A stretch of 64,000 bases of DNA from Paragordius varius. Its lineage: Eukaryota; Animalia; Nematomorpha. Below the pieces are notes generated by a model. The model had not been told where the DNA came from and made no database searches. It saw only the letters and a program-made list of their open reading frames with translations. Shown one piece after another: positions 38,331 through 50,143 of the stretch (positions are counted from its first letter, which is position 1; the number at the start of each line of letters is the position of its first letter). Where the stretch lies: NCBI GenBank assembly GCA_964247055.1, contig OZ176060.1:1674001-1738000 (forward strand), in the 5' to 3' direction. Position numbers and translations under genes: made by a program.

Positions 38331-40013
38331 TAAGGTGACCAGATTTTTTGAAGGAAAAAGCGGGACAAATCCGAGAGGGGGGTCATTGGGGGTATAACCA
38401 AAAATTTTTATACAAAAAATTTATTGCAATATTTATTTATTTTTAACACAAATACATTATAAATATAAAAAAATTTGTACCTTACAGGTTGTTTGTACCT
38501 CATTCAATAAATTTACATGTGCACGAACAAAGGGTGAAGTGATTGTAATATTCTAGAAAAAAATAATAAAGACGAAATCATCACAAAGTGCGCTGGGTCA
38601 TGCAAGAAGCGGCACAAAAAATATTTTTAACAATTTAGCGAATATTACTCAAAACATTATTGGCAGATACACAACGCTATTCAAACAGCTACTGATTTGT
38701 TATCCCTGGATGTGGAAAATATATACGTTATAATGCTTGGATATTGTAGAACTGTTGGTTACACGTACCGTGTATATATAAAAATAGGAATATGTTTTAA
38801 CAACTACATTTTCCACATCTAGTGGTAACAAATCAGCAGCTGTTTGAATAGCGTTGTGTATTATATGCGCTGCACACCCAACGCCAATAATGTTTTGATT
38901 AAGATTATCTGCTAATTTATGCATATTATTCGTTCCCTTGCTTTTCCACCGAAGTTCGTATTGGTGTTGTCAGCGCAATATGCGATAATTTTGTCTTTTA
39001 AATTATTTTTTTCTAGAATATGCATTATTGAAGTAAATATTATTTCGGAATTTTCACCGGGTAGAGAAATTAAATCTAAAATTTTAATTTTTATCCGGTT
39101 TCTGAATCAAAATATCTTATTAAAGTGGGAAATAATTTTGTTTCATGGTGATATGCATCAGAGTATAGGGATAAGAAATTAATTTTCAGCAAATCTTTTT
39201 GTATTTCAGAAAATGCATGTGGCGAAAGGACATTGCACACAATGGCTTCAACCTTTGTACGTGCACATGTAAATTTTTTAAGGAATAATGTGCGAATAAC
39301 CTGTGAGGTACAGTCCATAGATCTAAAGGAATGATTGTGATTAACGGCGTGAAAAGATAACACGCCCTCAGCTAGTGCCAAATTCTTTTCTTCCTCTCCA
39401 AAAGCGGTTTTTCAAAAAAATCGCTCATTTTGTAAGATGATGCCGCCATATCTAAACATTTTTTATGTTTCTGTGTTTACATATGCTTTGTATCATGCTT
39501 GCCGCCATGTGCTCGGGTGAATTCCCCCTCGATATAAGACATTTAAAAGATGATTCATTCTTCGTTTTTTTGATAAAAGGAAAATCTTTCATTAATTAAT
39601 CGTTGAATTTACAACCTCTTTTTGTGCTCATATTTATAAACTACTATTAGTATAACCTTAATTTTTTGGAATAAACGTGTAAGGTACCGATTTGTGGTAT
39701 CAATTTGTCTTTTAATCTAGAGATTTGTGGTATTAACTTGGCTTTTTGATATTGATGACAGTAGTAGTAGGAAGGAAAGTGTATAATCATATGATATAAA
39801 TTCGAAAAAAATAAATATTAATTTAAAAATACAAAATTTTAATTTAAAATTTATATGGATATTAAAGATATTTAATGATAAAAAATTTAAACGGATAAAA
39901 AAAATTTATTTGTATTAAAAAAAATTTTATATAATCGTGAAAAAGCGGGACATTTTAAAAACGTAGCGGGACGCGGGACAAAGTGTGAAAAAGCTGGACG
40001 TCTGGTCACCTTA
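38331..40013 (-). mobile_element. hAT-Blackjack element, internally rearranged, 1683 bp
   Basis: 13-bp TIR TAAGGTGACCAGA/TCTGGTCACCTTA; perfect 8-bp TSD CCTTACAG (38323-38330 and 40014-40021); subterminal CGGGAC motifs; minus-strand transposase pieces (HGGKHD...KHK, KFTCARTK, GCAAHIIHN). Confidence 0.95.
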
Positions 40014-43000
40014 CCTTACAGTAATGTATATGTAATAACAATCAGTCTGTAAAATTTAATAAGCTTCATTCATGATGTGTTAGAAACATTTTTACAAAAT
40101 TCTTGTAATTTCTGATAATGTAGTATGAATTGGTCAACTTTATATGAGTTGGCCTACATAATGTGCATACGGTATAATTAAAATAATTATTAAAAATGTT
40201 TCCTCTATTTATAGAATATTGTTAAAATGAATGTTTTTCTTCTTTCCCTCCTTTTTTTGTAAAATGCCAGAAAGTAATAAATGGACAAACAATATTATTA
40301 TTGGGTAAAGTGGATAGTATAGTGAAAAAAAATGCATTTGGTACTCACCAAAAAAACTTGACGGGTTAAATAAAATAAAATATATATTTTTTTCGAGGGC
40401 CATAAACCTTATTATGGAAAATATTCCATAGCTATTTGACACATATGCACATATTTATACTCTAAATTAGCACAATGAATTTTTTGCGGATCGCATCAAA
40501 ATCCAGTGAAAAACTTGTCGTTTTGCACCATTTAGTCAAAAAAATTAAAATATTACAATTATTTTAATATTAATTAATAATATTTGAAAAATTTAGTTTC
40601 GCCTCATGACAGGCCAATCTTAATACGTCGTCCGTATGATCATCGGTAAGCGATCTCTGTATGTATTCTTTACATACTTTATTTTTGAATATGCCGTCTC
40701 ACTCGTGTAAGTTGAGAGAAAAACAGTTAATAACTTGAGCACATTTTGTTATATTTATTTAATACATCTTGTTAAAACAATACATATCTTTCTTCTCTAC
40801 TATTCTCGTTAAATATAGCCCCCAAATTGGAAAAAGAATATTTGATTAGCAAATTGGAAAGTTTAAAGTATGTCGCAAAGGTAGGCTAATACCACCATTT
40901 GTCACAATTAATTTCCTCGTCAAACTTTCTGTTATCTGTCAAAAATAGTAGAATATCATGCCTTAAAACAAAAATCTATTTAATTTCCTATGGCTTAGCC
41001 ATCTCACAACAGTGTGCAAAAGAATATCATCAAACTCACTGTGGAAATCTTTCAGAAGGTTTTAGAATTCACGGCGGTTGAATTCTCTGCCACGGATGTG
41101 GTTAACTATATCCATAAGGATTAATTACTGAATTAAGTATTCATCTTTTACAAGCGAAACCAATTTTTTCATAGATATACCATTATTATCGAAAAAGGTG
41201 CTAATTTCGAGATCCCTTCCTTTTGTGGTATTATTCATTGGTAAAAAATTTTAAAATACCTCGTTGATTATGTTGTCTTTGCGAAATCTCACGAAGGGCG
41301 CACCTGAGATGTTGATATCAGTGCTAGAAACAATAGCAGTACTAAAATAATTGCAGTTTTTCAGAGCCAATAATGTATTGGATCTCTGTTGTCAAGGGGT
41401 CCCTTGGCATCCCGTCGTGACGGGGTTTAGGTGTTTGATCATTGCATTGAAGGATTTTTTGTTTAACCAGTCCCCGGCTTTTATGTTTTTGGACTGTAGG
41501 TCTTGGGTAATGTTTTTGTCCCATGTTATTGCTAGATGGACGACCAACTCTGTTTTGTTTGTTTGGCTTGTTTGTTATATTTTTAATCCAATTATCGTTA
41601 TCTAATCTTTGAATGTGACCGTAATAGCCAAGTCTACGGATTTCAATATATTTTGAGATTGGTAGGATTTGTTTATCATGAGAGATTGTTCGCTTAAATG
41701 TATTTATCATTCTTTGTTCCATATTATCCAGCATATTTTCCTGTGTTTTACTTATTTGCCATGTTTCGCAAGCATAAGTTATAGTGGGTCTAACGCCAAT
41801 TAGTTATATTTTGTTTTTTGTTTTTGTAGATATGTGTTTATTGGTAAATATGTATTTATATTGGTTGTGTCTACCCCAACCAATTCTTATGCGATTTTTG
41901 ATGGCTTCAGATGAACCTCCTTGAGCGGAAATGGTATCACCAAGGTAGGTAAACTTTTGTACTTTTTGAATTTCGCTGTCACCTATTTTAAGGTAGGTTT
42001 CAGCTTCTATGGGTGGAATATATTGTTTGGATAGAGTACATGGGGGGCATATATAATTATTATTATTTTTTAAAGTTCCCTTTAATCCCGAACATGGTTT
42101 GTGTAACCAGTATTGACACTTAGTGCATTGGATGGAGTTTAGACCTACATTTTTTAGGCATGCGCGGCATGGGTATTTGATTTGATCGGTCTTTTTGTCG
42201 CCTGTTATCACAACCTTAGTTTTTTGAATGTTGATTGTGAGACCATGTCGCTCAAGGCAGGTTTTCCAGAGTTTGAACTTTTGACTGAGTTCGTTTAGAT
42301 TTTCTGACGTTAACAATAAATCATCAGCGTAGATGAGCTCCCAAGGAAGACCAGTACGGATCTCATCACTGATGGTGTCTATTATTATGGTGAATAGAAG
42401 GGGGCTAAGAACAGAACTTGGTGTAGTCCTGTTGTGATGTGGAATGGAATTGTGTACCCGAAATGTGTGTTAACACAGGTTTTACTGTTATCTTATAATA
42501 ACTTTATTGCATCTATGATACATTTGTCTACTCCTTTTTTTTGAAGATACCAGAAAATAAGCCTTCGAGGGATTTTATCGAACGCTTTCTCCATGTCAAT
42601 AAATAGATGGTATAATTGGCTACCTTTAGAAAGATAGTTTTCTTGAAGGCGCCTTAATTTAAATATGGGATCAGTTGTGGTGCAGCCTTGACGGAAGGCA
42701 AATGCATGTTGTCAATATTAACTATGTCCCTTATTTTCTGAGCTAAGATTGATTCAAAAACTTTCATAGTATGTTCTAGGAGTTTAATTGGGCGATATGA
42801 TGCGCAATTAAGTTTATTTCCTTTGTTTTTATAGATTGGAATAGTAATACTATTTTGCCAATCGGATGGGATCTTATTCTCGATTATTATTTTGTTGAAA
42901 AGGGTTGTTAAAATGGGACTCTTAAACTTTATACTTTTCAATAAGTCAGCTGAGAGTTCAGACGGTCCTGCCGCTTTATTGTTTTTCATTTTTTTTAATG

Positions 43001-44670
43001 CGTTTTCTATGTCGATTTCATTGATGAGTGGTGTGGGGCCAATGTTAAAAGGCAATGTTGGCAGTTCGTCGACGTGATTTGATTCATTTAAAACTCCCTT
43101 CATATATTAAAGCCAAGTTAGTTTCACGTCTTCAGGTTTGGTCATAGTTGTACCGTCTTATCATAAATATATTTATTGGTTGGTATATCTTGCTTATTTT
43201 GTATTCTATTTTTTACTTTTCTAAATATTCTCGAATTGGATGTATCTCTTTCAATTTCATCAGCTATTTCTCTGCTCCTCTTGTTCTTTTGGACATCAAT
43301 CAACTTATTGACATATTTTTTATGATTTAAATAAGCTAACTTATCTTTATCGAGGCCTGATTTTTTACATTTTTTAAACAATTCAAATTTTTTCGATGTT
43401 AGACTTTTAATTTCATTTGACCACCACCATCTCTTTTGTGGCCTACCGCCATACTTTTTTCTGCCTCAAACTTTAAGTGCAGTCTTTACTGCCCCGTTTT
43501 TTAAGGTGGTCCATATATTTTCAACACTCATATTTTCATCTATAGCTATATTGGCTGTCTCATTTTGAAAGAGGTTCATCTTTTCTGGTTTTGAGAGGGC
43601 ATTACTATTTATTTTAGCTTAGACTATATTTTTATTGTTATTACTATTTATCTGTAGTTCTGCTGCTATCAAAGAATGTTGTGTTCACATGCATAAGTCT
43701 TTATGTTCTTTATATAATAGCGGTGTTTTTGATTGATTAGGACGTAATCAATCATTGATTCATTATCATTGCTACGATAGGTGATTAAAGCCTTATTTGG
43801 TTTTGTAAAGAAAGTGTTAGATACAACTAAATTTAAAGAATTGCAGAAATCAAGTATTGTTTCTCCTTCATCATCTCTTAAGCCAAAACCATAATTACCA
43901 TGAACATTTTCATAATCATCCTTTTTTGCTCCAACATGTCCATTCAAATCGCCACCAATTAGCACAATATCATTTGGTGGTATCTCATTGCATATATTGA
44001 ATAACTGTTCCCAAAAAGCAGTTTTGTCAGATTGAGTTCTCCCTTTCTGTGGAGCGTATGCTGATATTACGTTAAATATCTGTTTACTGATGACTACCCT
44101 AAGTTGTATTAATCTGTTTGAATGCCTGGTTATAGATACTATATTTTTTGCAAGTTCTACTTTCAAAACAATAGCAACCCCTCCTTGGCTTGTTTTATCG
44201 CCTTGATGAAATAATTTATAATTCTCAATGACTTCGTTTCGTCCATCTTTGTATCGTGTCTATTGAAGGCAACAAATGTCTATGTTTTTGTTTGTGAGCT
44301 TGGAGATGATAAATGGGGTTTTTCCTTTGAGAGATCCTATATTGTAAGTGGCAAACTTAAATTTTAACTGTTTCGTATTATTTTTTAATGTGTGAGGAAA
44401 ATCGTATTAGTGGTGGTTTGTTTGGAGATGTATATTGTTCAGAATTAAACAGTAGGGTTTTATTATTGCGTTGATTTCGTACAGTCATATTACCATTAAG
44501 ATTATAGTTATTAAATACAATGTAATAGATAAATTATGTATATAAATAAATATATTTTTTTTGGTGTTGGTGCAAGTAAGAAAATGAAATAAAATAGAGG
44601 TGTTTAAAAGTTTTTGTTGCAGTATAATAGTTGAAAATTTGGTTGCATTGATCATATTATAATTAAGCAA

Positions 44671-44752
44671 ATGTTTTATGATTGCATGCCTTTGCTATCA
44701 ACCTCTAGCTCCGACGAGGAGATAAACATATTCGGCGTTTACAACCTAGGGA
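44671..44752 (-). ncRNA. Second, weaker HDV-like ribozyme candidate in the LINE 5' UTR
   Basis: ATGTTT...AAACAT (P2), CTCCTCGTCGGAG (P3/L3-like), CTAGA-GG, and a P4-like hairpin. P1 is only about 4 bp. Confidence 0.3.
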
Positions 44753-44979
44753 ATGAATCGCCTTACCAGGCTAATGGAGTTCCCTCTCCACATTCTAATT
44801 TAAAATAATTCTGGAGTTGGGGTCTTGCATTATTATATATTGTCATGTTTTTTTGGCAACTGGTTAAAGCGCCAGAGAGCCCGCTTGGAATTTCGTGTGT
44901 GAATACAGGTATTAAGGCATTTTATAAGTCTTGCCTTGCCAGGAGCCAAAACCACCACACCCCATACATTCTTGACGCA

Positions 44980-45025
44980 TCTTCCGTTTGTCAAAGTCCT
45001 GGGTGCACGACGGGGACGTGGAAGA
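44980..45025 (-). ncRNA. HDV-like self-cleaving ribozyme core at the LINE 5' end (P1 5' strand missing)
   Basis: TCTTCC-AC-GTCCCCGTC-GT-GCACCCA-GG-ACTTT-GACAAAC-GGAAGA: 6-bp P2, P3/L3 like the CACGUCCNCGUCGUGC motif of RTE-associated HDV-like ribozymes, GG for P1.1, and a C in J4/2. Confidence 0.6.
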
Positions 45026-48000
45026 AGGACTTAGCAAAATATTTAGACATATCCTCAATGCGTTGATCACATGTTGCAGAAAGCTGAAGTTTCTCAATTT
45101 GCCTTATGATTTAATTCTTATTATAAAATTAGCCTTCATTTTATTAGTAAGGGATCAGTAAACGGTTTCATTTTTTCTTAAAATACAACAAATTTCATAC
45201 GAAGCTAATGTTAGCTTTTTCCTGGGAGAAAGCTATGGACATTAAGGCAGGTAACAATAATTTTATTTAAAAAGACAAATAATTTTTCTTCCCATTCTTT
45301 AAAGGACGATTTTCATCGGATATTATACGTTTTTTAGCATTAGATGTCATCCTTTGAATTTATGTTTAAATATTATGTATTGAATTTATGTTTAAATATC
45401 ACTGCTCAACAAGGTTTTGAACCACCCCATTATTTTTGCATTTTCTGATACCTAATGGCATGGAAAGGCCAAAACAAAAAAGAAAATTGAGGCCACCAAT
45501 AGGATTTTTCCGAAATTTAATTTTTAAATTTGTATTTAATTTAAAAATAACAATCATTCCTCGTGTACATATGTTTAAATATTCAAACGAACAAGTCGCT
45601 ACAAGTAATATTCCATGCATGAATAACAAAATTCTAGGCATTAAATAAGATACTAAACAAGCTAAGAGCCAAAGTATTAAAAATCTAAAAGGGGCTTATG
45701 TATAGTGTGATAGATATGGGCGGCTGCACAAGCTCTGCATATCCCCCAAGCGATCCAATTATGCCAGATATGGCAAAGATAACAATAAGTAATCGTAAAG
45801 CCCGATAAGAGAGACTTGCAAGCAAAATCCAGGCAATTTGACATGTCAAATTAACCAATTCACAGAATAAAGTTAGATAAATTCTACAATTAAATTGAAT
45901 AAAAAGATTAGGTAGATACAAATGGTCCAATCCCATAATAGTAAATTCTACTAAAAGTGGCTACACAACATCCCTCTGAAATTAAAAATAAACAACCAAT
46001 AATTTTAAAAAATAAAGTATATCCACTAGGTATAAATAAACGATTTTTTGTAAGAACCAACTCAAGAAAAAAAGCTTAATAAGTACTCGAAAGGACGAAA
46101 ACTAACAAAAAATAGAGCCTATCTAAAATCCGAAGGTTTAAACCATAGAATGCCTTTTCAGTATTTTTTTAAAAATTTTTTATACGTATTAAAAATTCAC
46201 TTGAAAGAAAAAGACTAAATTTTGATGTTTAAAACCGTACTATTTTTTTCTCTCTGATATTTAAATGACATATTTATATTCAAAAGATAGAGTTTAAAAC
46301 GCTTATTAAATGATATTAAGTTTATAATATTATAACATTTTGTTATAAAGTTATATTTAATTTTCTCTTGTTTTTGAAAAATTGAAAAACCTATAAAATT
46401 TCAAAATTCTGATTGGCGGGATCAAAAATTTTTTCACATTCGGTTTTAAAACACTGAAATTAGTCATAATTTAAAAAGTTTGAGTGGTGGTGCTTAAAAA
46501 TGTCCAAATTTGTCGACTAGTGTATAATGTAAATTTTTTCAAAAAAATGGGAATATATTTTTAATTATGCTATAAAAACAGGTCAAAATTTAATTATAAT
46601 GATTTTAAAAATATTTTGGGAATGAGTTAAAAAAAATGCAGGATAGCAATGAAAAGAATATGTGTATGCAAGTTTGAGTGAGATGCTTGCTTAAATACAA
46701 AAAATATATGCAATAAAAATTTTATACTTGAAAAGATAGAATAAAGACACAGAAACAACGGCCAAAATTTTAAAATCATTTTAATGTAGAGAAATCAACA
46801 TTTCAAATTAGGTAAAAAATAAAAATTACCAATATTAAATCTAAAGCAAATAAATTAATATGCGAATTCGTTTGTATTATTTTAAAAATTTATCAATTAA
46901 AAAAATAATTTATGTAAATAAGGTCATAGGGCGCTTTTAAAGCACTCTTAGGGCCGCATACGACCCGCGGGCAGCGGTTTGAGTACCCCTGCTTTAAATC
47001 ATTAAATTTTCTTTGGTCTTTGTCAGCAAAATACCAACAAGCAGTCTTTATACCCTAATACTGTATTGAGCGTTTGTATACCGTTATCATGTTTAAATTA
47101 GTATAAAGCATGCTTCCACAAAATTTTGCTAAAATTTTTGAACAAATTATGCATTATTCCCAAAAATGTTTTTGATGCCGTAATCTACCATATATATATT
47201 ATCGAAAAATGGCATTTTTGCGTTTGTTAGAGAGATCTGGCTCATTTTAGAAGGGTGAAAAAATTTGGTAGTTTTGTGGTTCACATCTAAAATTTGCTAA
47301 AATGCTATTTGCTTAAGTTTATAATAAATTTTACTGTTTTTTTAAATAAAACATATAGTTTCACCAAAAATCTTTAAAATGTGCGCAAATTTTACTATTT
47401 TTCGATATGAAATATTTATCACAAAAGTGTTAACTTTCTTAAAACACTCATCAGGGCTATATCTAAAAGCACCATAAGAAGTCTGATAGACTTATCTATC
47501 AGGACCTATGTATTTCATTAAATTATTTTTTGTGGACACTGTGTTATATGGTTTTTTAAGTATTGAGCCTAAAATATCACCAAATTTTTCGGCCCAGAGC
47601 ATCATTCACTCTCTTGCCCCCACGGTACATCACTGACCCACATGCATTTATTAAAAATTATAATTTCTTTTTAAAGATGTATATTATTAATTGATAACGA
47701 TGTTTTTGACTAACAGCGGGTGAGGGGCACACTCAAACAGATAGAATATACGCCATTGCGCTATGACAATATTAGCTGACATTATTATGTTATGTAACTT
47801 ATTTGGTTTCAGCTAGATGCATCATTGTTAAATTTATCAGAAACTATATTTGAAGCAAAACAATAATTATTTTAATGATTTTTTAAATGTAAATCTCAAA
47901 TTATTGAACTTCTCTAAAATGGACCTGTCAAACTTAAAAATGCCGATAGAGTGTGATAACAATATATATGCTTGATTATGACATAAAAAACACATTTTTG

Positions 48001-49012
48001 AAAAACAGCATAGTTTGTCTAAAAATACATTTTAAATTTTATATGTATTACGAATCCATAATACACCAGATATAAAGATAACTGCAAACAAGTTGGTCAT
48101 ACTTTACTCACAACTCACGGCGTAAATATCTAGATATTTTTTGGGGGTAGGGAGGTTCAGCTCAATTCTTGCAGGGGCCACACTATTTATAGCTCCGCCA
48201 TTACTCGTAAGACCGATTGTTGGATATCCCTATTTTATAGCATGATCGAAAAAGTATAAAAACAAGGATATTAAAATATTTTTCCACACAATTCGATGAT
48301 GCTGAATATTCTCATCGTTATTTTTTAATAGATACGTTGGGCTTCAAACTTAATTATTGTAATTTCCGCAAAAAACCAGTTAAAATAATTTTTATATTAT
48401 TACACCATTTTCAACATACTCACAAAAAAAATACTGATAATCATGGTGCTTTTGGCCCTTACGAGTGATTTAAGAAATTACACTTTTGTGGTGAATGCCT
48501 ACCGAATAGAATGGTTTATTTTAATTAGTCTTCTATCTAAAATATATAAATTAGTTAAAGATCTAAAAAATTAGTTTTTTTAAAAAAGTTGCATAACTAC
48601 TTCGAGGCCATTTTTATTCAACATTTTTTGCAAACTATTGTGTCAATTCTAACGCTAAATTAAAGGTTTTTTAAATCGTATCTAATAATAAACATAAAAA
48701 AGGGTGTTTTGCTTTTTTATATTTAGCTAATGGACGCATGTCATGACTAACTTTTTGCCTTGAAGTTTTTCCATAAAATAAGTTATATCAAGGATATTTC
48801 GGTGCAACAATATATTACACTGCATCCAAAATCGACAAGTATAAAAAAATAAATTGATGAAATATATATATTGTGAGAAAATATATCATGATCATCATAG
48901 TGCTTTTGGTTTGGCCCTTACTTAATGTGACCAGATATTTTAAACTTTAATGCAGTGGAAAATTAAATATACCATCGGTGTGGTATATCACATATTTAAA
49001 TAATATCCTATG

Positions 49013-49013
<1 letters not shown>

Positions 49014-49062
<49 letters not shown>

Positions 49063-49068
49063 TATATA
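49014..49068. repeat. (TA)n microsatellite
   Basis: Direct reading. Confidence 0.9.
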
Positions 49069-49246
49069 TTCTGATAGGTATATATCAGGATTATCTGGGT
49101 GCTTTTGGTTTTAACCTTTACGAGCTATTAAAGAAAGTTATTTACATTTTTGTGGTAAGTGCACCGTATAAAATTGCAAATGCGCAATTTTTTCAAATAT
49201 ATTTTTTAGTGAAAGTTAAATGCCTTTATTTAAGATATCACTAAAA

Positions 49247-50143
49247 TCTATATATTTATAAAAATGGAAAATGCTGGCTTTGTGATCTGGTACAGGAAAA
49301 CCGGTAGACCCAATCAAATCTAAATATCGAAAAAATATAATCATTAATAAATGTCCCGACAATAGCTTCGCCCTTTTTTTGAAATAGGCCCCCAGTTCGG
49401 GCCCACCCCGTATGAAAAACGGGTTTTTTTTGAAAACAGAAGTCCACAAAAATCGTGTCGTTGAGACAATTTTCTGGAGAACGTGTTGGACCATTCAATT
49501 TCAAATATAATTTTTGTTTACTTATTTTCGATTGCGCCGAACATAGTCGAGCCACTTTTTTGATTTAGGCCCTCGTTTTACCCGCTACCCCCGTAAAATG
49601 CCATTTTTTATAAAAAACAAAGTCCACAAAAATAATTTTTAAAATCGATTTTTCGCCGTAGGTATGAGACCGCAAAAATTCAATAAAGATTCCACGTATT
49701 CCCTGTTAAAAGGCAAAAATTTTAGTCAAGCGTTTCTATGATGATAGCTGCTGGGTAAAAAGCTACCCGCTAAAAACTGATTTTTTATGTAACTTTGTGA
49801 TCTGTTTCCGGAAAAGCGGACCCAATCAAATCCAAATATCGAAAAAATATAATCATTAATGAATGCCCCGACAATAGCTTCGCCCTTTTTTGAAATTAGG
49901 TTTCCAGTTCGGGCCCACCCTGTGTGAAAAATGGGTTAAGTCAATTTTCCGGAGAACGTGTTGGACCATTCAATTTCAAATATGATTTTTGTTTACTTAT
50001 TTTTGATCGCGCCGAACATAGTCGTCTCGCTTTTTTGATTTAGTCCCTCTTTTTACCCGCTACCCCCGTAAAATGCCATTCCCCCCCCCCCAGAAGTCCG
50101 AAGGACTTCCTCGGGCTGCGTAGCAGCACGAGATTTACGCTAG
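49247..50143 (+). mobile_element. Non-autonomous Helitron, complete, 897 bp
   Basis: 5' TCTATATATTTATAAAAATG; 3' GC-rich hairpins then CTAG; inserted at A|T with no TSD; internal direct repeats of about 260-300 bp (49305-49607 and 49819-50080). Confidence 0.9.

Larger units (their letters stand above)
41385..45040 (-). mobile_element. Near full-length RTE-type LINE: APE + RT (YADD at about 42320-42331) + in-RT PHD finger; inactivated by stops and frameshifts
   Basis: FATYNIGSL, SAYAPQ, GGDLNGHVG, SMIDYVL, KAAGPSEL, RPIKLL, SVLSPLLF, ELIYADDL, CRAC-CTKC-HKPC-CPPC, FTYLGD, LGYYGHIQR. The hAT reading continues on both sides. Confidence 0.93.
40370..46991 (-). mobile_element. Decayed hAT (Charlie/SPIN, GTF2IRD2-like) element split by the LINE at 41385-45040
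   Basis: 5' end CAGGGGTACTCAAAC...CCCGCGG at 46991; KRIISDENR, ASYEI...MKPFTD and LQLS...RIEDMS (45040-45350); LKNCNYFS...STD, VNHIRG, LLHTVVRWLS and SLTDDH (40600-41380). Outer boundaries inferred. Confidence 0.75.

Noticed and set aside
45399-45936. ND4-like NUMT
   Set aside because: LGGY and HG motifs are present but only about 45 residues apart versus roughly 80 in ND4, and the LWLPKAHVEAP and AYSS motifs are absent.
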